NCBI RefSeq assembly: GCF_009914755.1
Contig: NC_060935.1
From: the human T2T-CHM13v2.0 reference genome, Homo sapiens
DNA: 64,000 nt
Strand: one strand, 5' to 3'
Shown: piece after piece, positions 12,920 through 27,665 of the stretch
How positions within the stretch are numbered: the stretch's first letter is position 1
How the letters are laid out: each line of letters starts with the position of its first letter
Made by a program: the position numbers and the translations under genes
The notes under the pieces: model-generated
Told to the model about the DNA's origin: nothing
The model's input: only the letters and a program-made list of their open reading frames with translations
Database searches by the model: none

Positions 12920-13075
12920 ATAACAGAATAGTCTATTTTAGTTAGGTTGATTAACAAATCTCTCAAGGGTTGGCATATGAATATCTATGATGAAAAACTA
13001 GCCATGAAAAGACCTGGAATAAGTACATTTGAGGCAGAGGGAAGTGCAAACATGAAGGACTGAAGTCAGAAACAA
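12920..13075 (-). mobile_element. L2 fragment
   Basis: tagccatgaaaagacctgg...gaggcagagggaagtgcaaacatgaagg is typical of antisense L2. Confidence 0.55.
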
Positions 13076-13309
13076 AGCTTTTCCCACCAAGAAGGAGGAT
13101 TTGATGCTAGATAGTAGTCTTCTATACATTTCTGTCTCCATTATGTGGTATGGAGAGGCGAAATATAAAAGCTCAGTAACATGGTTTATTGTTAATCATG
13201 GATGAAAGTCCAAAGCAAACATTTGACACTATAGAGATTACTTTTAATAACTCCACCAACTTAACATGAGGCTAGAAAACTGAATAAAGTTTTTAAAATC
13301 CTTTTCTGT

Positions 13310-14058
13310 TATAATCAGTCAGGGTAAACCAGTTTTTGTTTTAGTAACAAAAACAATAACAATAACAAAATCCAACCAAACAATCAAAACAATTTCTTGT
13401 TAACACAGATTCATCAGACCTTAACCTACATTGGAGTTAACAGTTGATAAAAGGGCTCAATTCATTGTAGTTACTTAGGATCTCAGGGTGACAAAAGTTC
13501 ACCTTGACTGATGCTTTCATAATCATTTTCTAATGGACAAGAATATATGGCAAGTAACACACTGTATTCAAAAGTTTCAAGAAATGATTCATATTGTTTC
13601 CACTCATATTATGTTTATAAAAACATATTAATATAGCACACCTAACTTTGAAAGGGTAGAGAAGGATGGGCATGGTGGTTCATGCCTGTAATCCCAACAA
13701 TTTGTGGGGCATAAGTGCATAGGTTTCTTGAGCCCAGGAGTTTGAGACCAGCCTGGCTAACATGGTGAAATCCCATCTCTACAAAAAATACAAAATTAGC
13801 TAGGTATGGTGGTGTGAACCTGTGGTCCCAGCTAGGTGGGAGAATAAGGTGAGATCACCTGAGCTCAGGTAGGTCTAGGCTGTAGTGAGCAATGACCATT
13901 CCACTGCACTCCAGCCTGGGCAACAGAGTGTGACTCTGTATCAAAAAAAAAAAAAAAAAAAAAAGTAGAAAAGAAGAAAGAGTAGGGAAGCGCAATTCTA
14001 CCGTGTGTGGAAAGCAGACAGAAAGAAATATTTTATTATATTGCTAATGAAGGCCACA
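13310..14058 (-). mobile_element. Old MLT1 (K/L-like) LTR interrupted by AluJ
   Basis: aatcagtcagggtaaacc...tagtaacaaa start; cacctaactttgaaaggg...caattctacc...ccaca end. Confidence 0.55.
13665..13964 (+). mobile_element. AluJ
   Basis: ttgagcccaggagtttgagaccagcc...; poly(A) tail. Confidence 0.92.
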
Positions 14059-14659
14059 CCCTCTATCAAGGAATCTGTATATTCATGCCTCAAATAAAAC
14101 TAGAAATTTTCCCTTATTTAATCAAATTCAGTATGAAAGCACTATTCATGGAATAGAAGATCAAGTATTAGGCACACACTCACTTATATTCTGAATTTTC
14201 TTTACTGTCTTCGAATTCCAATCAGTAAAGCTTTTTTTTTCCTATAAGAAAGATAATTTAAAAGTGGTAACTTACTCCAAGAAAAGTTTCAGCAGCTTTG
14301 AGAACAAAGTTCTACATTTAAAAGCTATCTCTTACTTTGAGAAGCAACCTTTACAAGAAGGCAGTATTAAAAAGTTTCAGGATTCTATTGTAAATTGAAC
14401 TGCTTCCATGAGAATACCCATCTGAGAGAAAAGACAAAATGGATCTGGGGAATAATTAAAAACTGAAGTAGACAAAAAAATGTCATTTTCCCTAGTACTG
14501 TCTCCAACTACTACAGTCCAGGGTAACTTCACGTTTACTTCTCCTCAAGAAAGAAAGAAAAAGAAAAAATATATGCACTTAAATCCAGGAACCTAGCTAT
14601 GATGTTAGGAACTTTTATGTATGTAGATAATGGCATTTTTTAGCTTTCCTGTGTTTTGA

Positions 14660-14816
14660 TTATATATATATATATATATGTATATATACACACATATATA
14701 TATTTCATTTATATATTCATTTTATATATAAAATATTCATTTATATGTATAAATATATATGCATATATATATGAATATATATAAAAGAATATATAAATAA
14801 ACATATATATATATAT
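14660..14816. repeat. (TA)-rich low-complexity repeat
   Basis: Long imperfect tatatata tract. Confidence 0.9.
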
Positions 14817-16833
14817 TCTTCCTAGAATGATGGTTATTTCTCATCTGGGAGAACCCTCCACCATCTACCCTCCTCAGACCACTCCAGGCCTTGGGTAGTT
14901 GTCTTACATCAGGTTTTTCAAGGCTGTAGAGAGTAACGTATGCTTTTTCTTGGCATTCTTTTCATTGGATCTCATTTTGTAGCTTCTCCTTACCATAAGA
15001 AAGGGGCCAAATAAATCCTTTCATTTGACTCAATTGAGAAGTTTGGCCAAATGAGTACAAGTAGATAACAAGCATCTTACGAAGTCTAACTCTTACAATT
15101 ACATGCACCAAGGCTTGGGGAGATTACTCAAGGTTTTTGACATCAAATACTAGTAATTTTAAACAGGGAGTTCAATGTTCTTAGAGATTTTCATGCACTT
15201 ACTTCTAATTCAAAAGCACAACATAAGTTGAAGTTGTGTCAGATGAGGGAAGTGGGAGAGCTTTTGGTCTTCATCAGTATCATGAATATTAGATATGAAT
15301 TCTAATTTAATTATACTTCTGGCTCTTTCTTTGATAATTCAAATAGCCCTGTCATGTTGAACCAATAAAAGTACATATGCTAATATATAACTTCATGAGC
15401 TACGAAAAACCAGTAGGAAATATTTGCCTTTGCCTCAAGAAGATTGAGTTATGTCTGCGTACACACAAACACAAACTTTTGCATCCACCCATATAAGAAG
15501 AGGTTCATTCTTCTATATAACCATGAACACTCATAGGGAATGGTGCTCATTACTTTGGTAATGCTCATTCAGTCACCTTCCATCAAATGCAGTTTCCAGA
15601 AGAATATGTAAATTATATTGTATTGTCCTTCACTTTCAGCTTCAAAACTAGTGCTTGTGAAAAACTGTGATGGCTTGAATGACTCAAGGTCTGTACACCA
15701 CAAAAGTGTACTTTTCGTCCTGGTGAGGAGAAAAAGCCTCTTCTGTATGGCTTCCTTGATCATCCTGTGGTGTGACTGTGGAAATAATTTGGGGCACCTT
15801 TTATCTGCCTTTGTTTTGTCCAGACAATTAGCTAGGCAACTGTTTTCCCTCAGCTAATTCTAAAGACTCCATCCGATCTTATGCTCCAAAAGCTTATTAC
15901 TGACAAAACCTTTTCTTCCAAGGTCAATTTTTGGTGCTATGATTGCCATCTTCCCATTATATTTAAGTGATAGAAAGGTAGATTTTTCTTATCAAAATTT
16001 AGCCAATAATTTCTACTGGAAGTATAAAGCATTTAGAATTCTCTGTGATATAGTAGAACAAGAAATTCTAAGCATACCACTGCTTTTGGGGACATTTCAA
16101 ACTAAAGAGGAATTGGAAAAAAATTTCACAGGTTAGAATATGTGATTTTCACATAGTTTTGGTGTTAATGTTTGAAAAATCTGAGAAAAGATCCCCCACA
16201 CATACACACCCTCAACAGGTATAAGTAGCTAAGTCTCCATCAGTTACAAATAATATCCTCTATCAACGTTATATTTTTTATGCCAGAACAATTTCTCACT
16301 GGTTTGGTTATTTTGAGGCTTTTTATAAGTATGAGTATAAGCCAACTGAGTCATTATATTTATATGATCATTAAACTAGGAGTCTCTAAGGGTGAATAGC
16401 TGTGAGACACTAGGCAAATCTCTCTCATTTCCTTATCAAAAGCTAACTGCCTGTAATGAACTATTTACATCACAGGCTTATGGTAGGAATCAAATATGAT
16501 GATGCATATAAAAGATTTATTATACCATTATAAATGTTACAAAATACCATTATAAATATTGCTATTAATATTATGACAAAAATAATATGCAAATTATTAT
16601 TACTAACAGGACCATTTTCACACTGAAGTAAACTGTATGAATAAACCTAAAGTATAGCAAACTTATTTGGGAATCTGAGCAAAAATATTCCATAACTACC
16701 ATAGTGGATAGCCAGGATAAGAACCAGAGTTAGAAATAACTAGGCCATCCCAGTGTATCAAGAATATCTAAAAATTGTTATCATGAAACTATTTTTTTGA
16801 ATGTGATAATCATAAAAAGCCCAACATTGTAAT

Positions 16834-16838
<5 letters not shown>

Positions 16839-16874
<36 letters not shown>
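16839..16874. repeat. Poly(T)36 with no adjacent SINE or LINE
   Basis: 36 consecutive T. Confidence 0.9.
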
Positions 16875-16877
<3 letters not shown>

Positions 16878-17273
16878 AAGACTTAACTGAATCTTTTCTC
16901 TAGATTCTGTTCTGATTCGATGTACAAGAATCTGTCCACATGAGAATAGTTGAGGTCAACTGTATCAAAATATTACATCAGCTTGATCCAGGTTGACCTC
17001 ACTGTGTATGTGTGTTTGTGTATTGTGTGGGTTATAATACAGTCTCAAGCGTAAATACTGATCCCAAACTGGAAGTCATTGCAAACCTTCTTTGGGAAGT
17101 TTTAACAAATATACCATTTTGTCAGAATGTATTTCAGTTGTACAATCATCCCTTGGTATCCGTCGGGGAATCATTTCGGGACCTCCTGTGAATATCAAAA
17201 TCTGAAAATGCTCAATTACTTAATATAAAATGATTCAGTATTTGCATATAGCCTACACAAATCCTCTAATATA

Positions 17274-18422
17274 CAGTAAGTCCTCACTTTGACAGGTTCT
17301 TGGAAACTGACTTTAAGTTAAATGGCATATAAAACAAATTTCACCATAGGCCAATTGATGTAAACAAGAGTAAAGGTCTTATAGCATATTTCTAGTCACA
17401 AGATCATCACCAAGCTTCTAAACAAAGACCCAAAACACTAGCAGTATTAAACACTGAAATAAATGATCACTAAACACACATTTAAGAAAGATCAGTCCAG
17501 CTCAGTGAGTCATACATGTAATCCTAGCACTCTGGGGGCTGAGGCAGGAGGATCGCTTGAGGCCAGGAATTTGTTACCAGCCTGGGCAACATAGTGAAAC
17601 TCCATCTCTACAAAAAAAAAAATAAATAAATAACTGAGCATGGTGGTACATGCCTGTAGTCCTAGCTACTCAAGAGGCTGAGGTGGGAGGATTGCTTGAA
17701 CCCAGGAGGTCAAGGCTGCAATGAGCTGTGATCATGCTGCTGTACTCCAGCCTGGGCAACAGAGTAAGACCCTGTCTTAAAGGAAAAAAAGAAAGAAAGA
17801 GGAATAAAAAGTAAGATACTTGTTTACTCAATTTTGAGTGAATCAGTGAGTAACAGCAGTTGTAGTGGTGGTGGGTTAAACCAAGTAATCAATGCTTGCA
17901 GAGTGAAAATTGAAAAGATCGCCTTTTCCCACGAAACAGTTCAAAAACAACCACAAATATGGCAAGCTTGCTGATTTTGTGCCACATTTTTTTATTTTTG
18001 TACATTTGTATGGTTATTATCTACTTTACAAATTTTTATTTGACAATAATTTGTATCCATTTATTCGTTTTTCAACCTGCTTATTTCAGTTCAGAGTCTT
18101 GGCTGGCCAGAGCCTGTCCTGGCAGCTCAGGGAGCAAAGAGAAAACCCACCCTAGACCAGACACTATTCCACTGCAGGGAGCACTCACATCCACACTCAC
18201 ACACCTTCCCCTAACACAGTACAACCATTCAGATATGGCAAGTATCCTAATGTGCACATTTTGGAGCAGAAACTTGAGTACCCAGAGAAAACCCAGGCAG
18301 ACTTGGGGAAAATGTACACTGTACACGGAAAGTGGGGCTAGCCAGGAAGCAATTATTATTTTTCTCATCAACATTATAATGAAATGATGCTGAAGGAAAT
18401 TACATTACTCAAAGGCCTGCTG
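17274..18422 (-). mobile_element. MER6 DNA transposon (near full length), interrupted by AluJ
   Basis: Ends cagtaagtcctcactt and ggcctgctg; internal cctgtcctggcagctcaggg...gtacccagagaaaaccc; TA/TG target site. Confidence 0.85.
17495..17800 (+). mobile_element. AluJ
   Basis: gcaggaggatcgcttgaggccagg...ggtcaaggctgcaatgagc. Confidence 0.92.
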
Positions 18423-19225
18423 TGCTTTAAATAATTTCTAGATTACTTATAAGACCTAATACAATGTAAATGTTATGTAAATCATTGTTATACTATATTG
18501 TTTAGGGAATAATGACAAGAAAAGCCATGTGCAGACTCAACCATCGGAGACCTAACTACATTTTCGATCCAGGTTGGTTTTACTCGAGGTTGGTTGAATC
18601 CATGTATGTGGAACACAGAGATAGAATGCAGCCTCTTGTTAGATTACATCAACTGGAATCATTTCTCATTTCCCGTTACTCCAAAAGGGAGAGGCAGTTT
18701 CACAAAGTTTAATTTTTCCTATCCAATTTTATTGGATATCTACCATATCCATCAGATACTATGTAAAATGATGAAAATTCAGATATGGGTATGATAGAAT
18801 TTCTGCTTTTAAGAAGCTTCAAATCAAGAAGGAAAATTTTGTATCAAATAATTATTGACAGGAAAACAGGTGATTACTCTTTGAAATTGGTCAATGCTTT
18901 CCAGTTTTTATTAGCAACAATGTCAGATTATTTACATTCTCCCTCCTTGGGGGCAATTAATGCATGTCTCTAAATGAGTAAAAGTTTTCCTAGGAGTACA
19001 TTAACAATTGAAAATTAAAATGGCTTAAGTGAGGTCTTTTTCTCTTGTGTCTACAAGAGTCAGAACAACATATGTGCATGTGTGTATATATATATTTTTA
19101 TATATGTATATTTATTTATAGCTGGGAGTAAAAAAGAGGAGACATTTATTCATTCTCTTCTTCATCTCTATATGTTTCTTTTTCTGCCTCTCTTTCTTTA
19201 TTTCACTATTTATAACTTACTCTTC

Positions 19226-19256
<31 letters not shown>

Positions 19257-19369
19257 TTCTTCCATCAAATATTTACTGAGTGATAGTCTATGGGTAAACA
19301 GGATGTACTAGGTAGAAAAGATCTTAAACCTCCTAGAAAACTCTACTTAGAGTATATTACAGGTGAATA

Positions 19370-19538
19370 TGTTGATGGATAGCATAAACTCTAGTGTGAA
19401 ACTTCAAGAGTTTGATTCCCATCTCTACCACTTAGCAACTATGTGAATTTGGGCAAGTTACTTATTCTCTTTATTCCCTAGTTTTCTCATCAAGAATATG
19501 ACAATTATAATAGTATCTACTTAAAAGAACTGTGATGA
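19370..19538 (+). mobile_element. MIR
   Basis: cccatctctaccacttagcaactatgtgaatttgggcaagttactt. Confidence 0.75.
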
Positions 19539-20378
19539 TGTTAAACTTCACCTGAGCCCTATGCCATTAGAAAGCTGCAGTGGTTAAGAAATCTTTCCAT
19601 CCTTTCATGCTAATCTCAAAGGACCCTGCTCTCCATATTCTGAGATAAGACAGATCTCCATCCTTCCTTATAGCTCCAATAGGACTCCTGGATGACTTTC
19701 TTTTCTTAACTTAGTCTGATCATTTGTTGATCCTTGTAATGAGATTAATGATTTAGAGAGAGCATGTCTTTGTTGGGTGCAAAGAAGACAAAGAAGTTGG
19801 TTTGTTAGTCTGTGCTGTTTATTGATGTATCTATTTTGAGTCCAAATTATTAAGAATGTACACCCACTGAGTAGAGACTGGGTCTTTGATATGGACCTGT
19901 GAATTGTGTATTTGTGTGTTTATGCTTGACTCATGGCTGCAATTATATAATTGAGACTATAAGCTATCTGTATCTGTCCATATGTTTATATGTCTATAAT
20001 TCAAAAAAGTCTTTCACTTCAACTATGTGAATATACAATAAATTTCTTACCTCTGGATAGTACTAATTAATTAGTACTATTACTACTATTTGAAATTCCT
20101 TACATTAAAGAAGTTCTATCATGATTGGCTTAGGGATGAAGAAGCCTCTATACAATTGGCCAATCCTAATATTACCAGAAATTAAGAAAACAATCTCAAA
20201 GAATTTCAAGGTGAAAAAAAGAGATATTCTTAGAGAAACTAATTCAAAAATATTTCAAGAATATTCACATAATTTAGGTAAAATGTCAGCAAATAAGACT
20301 AGTTTAATAATTTTGGTTTAATACAAATAATTATGTTTTCTCTAAATTGTCATTATTATCAGTATAATGCAAGTATAC

Positions 20379-21074
<696 letters not shown>

Positions 21075-22036
21075 CGTGTACATTTTTATTCTACTTCGGT
21101 ATGTTATTTTTAAGCTTATAGGTTTACTGATCATATAAGCTAGTATTATTTCTACTTAAGGTATAATATTACAAAAAATTACTTTGGGTTTAACAAAATT
21201 GAGTAATTATTCTAACAAACTGTATTTCAACAGTAATTATATTTTCTGGTAAGTAAGTTTGAAGAGAATTTCCAAGATCTTTAGATAATTTGAAACCTTC
21301 GACTGTTACTAAATTGAGATAATTAATGGGCGTTCATTAAGTATCCAGATAGAAGATTCAGTAGGTATCTAGGTAGAATTTCAAAGATAGAAATACTAAA
21401 ACATTAGTCATAAAGAATAATTGTAAGTTCATATTTTTTTGCCTCATATTAATATGGTGCCAAGAGACTATACATATTTGTGTTAATAAATGTGTTCATT
21501 TTTGCCATTTTGAGAAATTATACTACAAGAAAGTATTTTTGTTAAAGAAAAAAGACAGTATAGCTTTGTCTTAAAGTAAAATGACTGTTACAGAATGAGG
21601 AGGAGGGAAGTTTAAGAAAAAAAATTTTAATGTATAAACTTGTAAAAAGGTCAAGAAAAGGGAATTTGTATTCGTCAATGCATATTTTCAAAAAAAGTTT
21701 GTGTTTTCTTTTTTTCTTTTTAATATACTGGTCTTTTTAAGAGGTTCTAAAAGTTTTATTTTTTTTTTCTGAATAATCTGCCTGAAAAATGAAAACTGTT
21801 TCTTCTCAGAATAAGTTTTTATGTTTTAATCTTGATTTTATCATGTCCTTGACTTTTTAAGATAACCAATACTCTCACTTTTGAAATAACTAATATATTT
21901 AACAATTATATTACCACCTATATTTACTTTTAAAATATTACCTTGTCACTTTAAATAAAAGTCAAGTATTGTTTCTCACTGAACTGTGATCCTACATTAA
22001 TCAAATCTCCTGACAATTTTGATATTTCCCCTTTTC

Positions 22037-22050
22037 TTTCTTTCTTTTTA

Positions 22051-22084
<34 letters not shown>

Positions 22085-22254
22085 AGTTGCAAGATTTAAT
22101 AGAGTGAAAACAGAGCTCCCATACAAAGGGAGGGGACCCAAAGTGGGTTGCCATTGCCAGCTCGAATGCCTGGGTTTATACCCCGATCATTGTCCCTCCC
22201 GCTGTGCTCAGGCATTAGATGATTGGCTATTTCTTTACCTCCTGTTTTTGCCTA
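22037..22254 (-). mobile_element. HERV-W (LTR17) processed retrocopy: partial U3-R plus poly(A)
   Basis: Reverse complement AGGCAAAAACAGGAGGTAAAGAAATAGCCAATCATC...TATAAACCCAGGCATTCGAGC...GGGTCCCCTCCCTTTGTATGGGAGCTCTGTTTTCACTCTATTAAATCTTGCAACTGC then poly(A); cccttttc on both flanks. Confidence 0.88.
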
Positions 22255-22279
22255 TTCCCTTTTCAGAACTAAATCTTAA

Positions 22280-22644
<365 letters not shown>

Positions 22645-22989
22645 TGTGGAGGACATATTTTTAAGGACAGAGTTTAGAAGAGTCATTCAGCCTTGCTACC
22701 TGCACCCTACACTGTAATACATGGCAGCCTGCTTGGTTTTAACAACAGGTAAAAGAAACATTGCCTTGTGCTCTCAAGCAGTTCTCCACCCTAAATTATA
22801 AGATCCCATTAAAGTATAGGTTTTACTCATGAAAAAGATGCTCTGTTGTATTTGAAAGATTTAAAATATTTATCTCCATCTGCATGAACATGCCCCCTCT
22901 TTTTTTCCCCTTTGTGAACTTTTAAGGTGCTCATCCAGGAATAAGTGGGATGCTAGAGTGATTTTTCTCTCCATAACTCTGCCCGACTC

Positions 22990-23332
22990 AGTCCTTATCT
23001 TTCTTCAGTCTCTATTTAATCTTTATTTTATTAGATCTTGCCCAATCACTCTACACAAAATGGCAATCCCTCCTTCTATGTGACTTTCCTCCCACCACCA
23101 CATATGTACCCAATGCTTATCTCCTAATCCTTTCTTATTTCCCTGGTACTTACTGCCAGCTTACATGTTATGTATTTATTTGTTTTATGTTTATTCTGAA
23201 ACTTTTCTCACTGGAACATAAGCTCTTTGAGAGGAGGGACATTTGTATATTTGAGTCCCTGCTATGTACCCAGCTTGTAGAACAGAAACTGGCAAATTAT
23301 AGGCACTTAGTAAATACTGGTTGAATCAATTA
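22990..23332 (+). mobile_element. L2a 3' end
   Basis: ctggaacataagctctttgagagg...ggcacttagtaaatactggttgaatcaat. Confidence 0.75.
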
Positions 23333-24192
23333 AAGATTAACTCCCCATTAGAGGATACTACACTTAGGACTATATGAGAATATATGAAACACACCTCTTG
23401 CCTTCAGAAAAGAAGTGGAACAACGAAACCATTAAAGTTCAGAATTTAGAGGGCTGAAATCTGGAGAGGTAAGGAAATGGGTCATAGATGTACCCGTGCA
23501 TGGATGGAAGGACTTTGAGGATATGACAAAATAAGAGGGGAATGGTAGGAAATAATGTAGCAGATTTAAGAAATGATGTAATCATAGTGCAATAGAAGGT
23601 CTGGCTATTTATTTATTTATTTATTGAATATTCACTGCATAATCACCACTGTGCTAAGCTTAGAAATGATGAAGTCTACCCTTGATTTCACAGACTAGTG
23701 GGAGAAACAGACAAGAAAATAGATGTTAACGCTTTAGCGATAAGTGCTATAATAGATTATAAAAATGCATAAATATTGCTATTATAACACCTTATAACTG
23801 AATTCCCTCTGGGGAAGAACTTGACCTAGGGGAGTTGTGTTGATATGCTGCTTAGGATAATGCATGATGCGTTTGAGTTGCATTCATATTGTTTTATGTA
23901 TCAACAGTTAATTCCTTTTTACTGCTGAGTAGTATTCCATTGTGTGGATGTACCATAGTTTCCTTATCCACTAACCACTAGATTTGGGTTGCTTCTACTT
24001 TTTAACAATTATTAATAAAGCCACCATCAGTATCTGAATGTGAGTTGTTATGTGAACATAAATTTGGATTTCTCTTGAGTAAATATTAATATGTTAACAT
24101 AAGTTTATGTTTAACTATGTGAAATGCTGCCAAACTGTTTCCCATCTTCAGAGAATAAATTTCTGGTTTTTGGTTTTATTTCTCAGCCACCC

Positions 24193-24552
24193 TTATATGG
24201 TTTGGCTGTGTCTCCACCCAAATCTCATCTTGATTTGTAGCTCCCATAATTGCCACATGTTGTGGGAGGAACCCAGTAGGAGATAATTGAATCATGGAGG
24301 CGGTTCCCCCATACTGTTCTCGTGGTAGTGAATAAGTCTCATGAAATCTGACGTTTTATAAGGTGTTTTCCCTTTTGCTTGGCTCTCATTCTCTCTTGCC
24401 TGCTACGAGGTATGACATGCCTTTTGCCTTCTGCCACGATTGTGAGGCCTCCCCAGTCACGTGGAACTGTGAGTCCATTAAACCTCGTTTTCTTTATAAA
24501 TTTCACAGTCTCAAGTATGTCTTTATCAGCAGCATGAAAACGAACTAATACA
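24193..24552 (+). mobile_element. THE1B solo LTR inserted in an MLT1 3' fragment
   Basis: THE1 start and end; TSD caccc; flanks aataaatttctg / agtttgtggcaatttgtgatggcagtc are MLT1-like. Confidence 0.92.
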
Positions 24553-25523
24553 CACCCAGTTTGTGGCAATTTGTGATGGCAGTCTTAGGAAACTAATCCA
24601 CCTAATAATGATATTAAACACTTTTACATATGCTTGCAATCTGAGTATCTTCTTTGGTGAAATGTCTCTATAGTTCTGCTTTTTTGTGTTTTCAAATAAC
24701 TTGGATTGCTTGTTATTATTGGATTTTAAAATTCTGTATAGTTTCAGACACAAATTCTTTATCAGCTATATAATTTTAAAACCTTGTCTTCCAGTCTGTG
24801 ACTTGTCTTTTTACTTTTTCAATGGTATTTTTCACCGATTATGTTTAAATTTGAATATAATTTAATTATCTTATTTTTTTCTTTTTTGAACAGCGATTTT
24901 GGTGACTTATCTAAGAATATGTTGGGCAATCTAAAAATCATACAGATTTTCTCTTTTGTTTTCTTACAGAAGTTTTGTGGTTTTAGGTTTTACAGTGAAA
25001 GGTGTTATACGTGTTGAGTTAGTATTTTGAAAGGTCTGAAGTATGAGTTGAGGTTAATTTTTTTTTCTTGCTTAGAGTCATCCAGTTTTTCTAGCATCAT
25101 TTGTTGAAAAGATTATCTTTTTTCTTTGAATTATTTTAGCACCTTTGTCAAAAATCAGTTGTGTATATATATATGAATATACTCCATTTTTCTACATATC
25201 AATCCTTCCACAAAAAACACAATTATGATTACTGTAGCTTTATATATAATAAGTTTGAAGTCACTTAAAGCGAGTCTTATAGCATTATTCCTCATTTTCA
25301 GAATGGTTTGACTATTCTATTTCCTTTGACATCTAAGTATATTTTATAATTAGCTTGTTGATTTCTATTTAAAAATCCTGCTAGAATTTTGTTCAAAATT
25401 GCATTAAATCTATAAATCAACAAAGGGAGAACTGATATCTTAGTAATGAACATAGTATATCTTTCTAATTATTTCAGTCTTAGCCCTTTCGTTAGTGCTT
25501 TGTCATTTTCAGTATAACTTCCT

Positions 25524-25689
25524 AACTGCGATTTTAAGCAAAATGATGTATAACAACTCTTTTTTTTCTCATCAACATCATAATGAAACATTGAAGAAAA
25601 CAATGTTATTTCAGAACCTGCTGTACATTGTTTTATTTAAAGTCACTTTCACCAAGAACCTATTGACAATGTTAAGTGAGGACTTACTG
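25524..25689 (-). mobile_element. MER6B miniature transposon
   Basis: tttctcatcaacatc...agaacctgctgtac...ccaagaacctattgac...gtgaggacttactg. Confidence 0.75.
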
Positions 25690-27072
25690 TAAACAAGTTT
25701 TGCACTTAATTTTAAAGCTTTATACCTATTTCATGTTGTTTATACATTTTTAATGTTGTTTGGTGCTATGATAAAAAAACACTACTTTTAAATATTGATT
25801 TCTATTTATTTAATGCTAGTATATAGGAAGACAATTGATTTTGGTATAATTTTGTTCCACAATCACAAAAGCTTACTTACTAGTTCTAAGATAAGTTTTT
25901 TAGGGTCTTTGAGATTTTCTACACAGATAATCATATCATCTACAAAAGAAGTATTTTTATTCCTTCATTTTTTCACCCGTATGCCTTTGATTTATTTTCC
26001 TTGTTTTATTGCAATCACTAGTATTCCAGTATTATGTTGAATAGGAGTGACAGGAGCTGCCACCCTTGCCCTGTTCCTGATCTTTGTAGAATGAATTCAG
26101 TTCTCACTATGTGTATAGTTTTATAGATAACCTTTATTACATTAAAGATGTTATTTTCTTTTGCTAATTTTCTGAGAATTATCATTTCTTATATATTTTT
26201 AATATAATTTTTCTGCACTTAGTATTTACTCATCTATTGTCTTTTTGCTTATATTTTATGGTATTACTTTTTTTTCTTAGTGGTTGCACCAGAGACTACA
26301 ATGTATACAGCTCCCCCTTTTACTGTATGTATGTAGAGGTAACATTTTACTACACCAATAAAATTTAGAAATCTTACTACAAGTATTTAGGTTCCTCCTT
26401 TATCTTGTAGTTGCCATACATACACATACAAACTTGACTTCACTGGACGCTGCAATAATTTTTGCTTTCAATAGTCATATGTATTTTATAGAATTCAGGG
26501 GAGAAATTTGTCTTTTATATTAACCCAGATAGTCACTATTTTTCATGCTCTTTCTTCATTTCCAAACTTTGAAGTTTCTGTTTAGTGTAATTTCCCATCA
26601 GCCTGGAAAACTTCCTTCAGCATTTCTTTTAGAGCAGATTTGCTGGTGACAAATTCTCTGTTTCCTTTCATCTGTGAATGTTTCTATTTCATCTTCTTTC
26701 ATGAAGGACATTTTCAATGTATATAGAAGTTTTTGTTGATAGCTTTTTTCTCTTAGCATTTTAAATTTGTTGTTTCACTGTCTTATGGCCTACATGGTTT
26801 CTGACAAGAAATAGAAAGTGATTTACATTTTGTTCCCCCTATGTAATATGTTAGTTTTCTCCATTTGCTTTCAAGATGTTTTCTTTATCTTTGGTTTTCA
26901 TCAGTTACATTGATATGTGTCTGGATGGTCTTTTAGTTTTTAATTTATTTGGGGATGGGGAGTTCAGGGTTGTTGAATCTGTAAGTGTATAATTTTTCAG
27001 ATTTAAACATTTATTTTAGTCTATCTTTAAGTCCACTGACGTTTTCCTCTGTCATCTTCATTCTGCTATTGA

Positions 27073-27423
<351 letters not shown>

Positions 27424-27445
27424 CTACCTGGTTATTTTTTTATAG

Positions 27446-27665
27446 TTTCTATTTCTTTGCTGAAAACTGTTATCTTTCCATTTATTTCAATTGTGTTTAT
27501 CTTTATATTACAGAGTATAGCTATAGTAGCTGGTTAAAGTTTTGGTCTAATAATTTCTATTTCTCTGCTGAAAATGGTTATCTTTCCATTTATTTCAATT
27601 GTGTTTATCTTTATATTATAGAGTATAGCTATAGTAGCTGCCATAAGTTTTTGTCTAATAATTTC
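27446..27665. repeat. 108-bp tandem duplication
   Basis: Units start at 27446 and 27554 (tttctatttct.tgctgaaaa); tttc recurs at 27662. Confidence 0.93.

Larger units (their letters stand above)
17143..18630 (+). mobile_element. MER2 DNA transposon split by MER6
   Basis: caatcatcccttggtatcc... up to 17273, resuming as ctttaaataatttctagattac...ggttggttgaatcc at 18425. Confidence 0.85.

Noticed and set aside
17959-18387. 142-aa ORF, the longest in the track
   Set aside because: Lies wholly within non-autonomous MER6; no transposase-like motifs.
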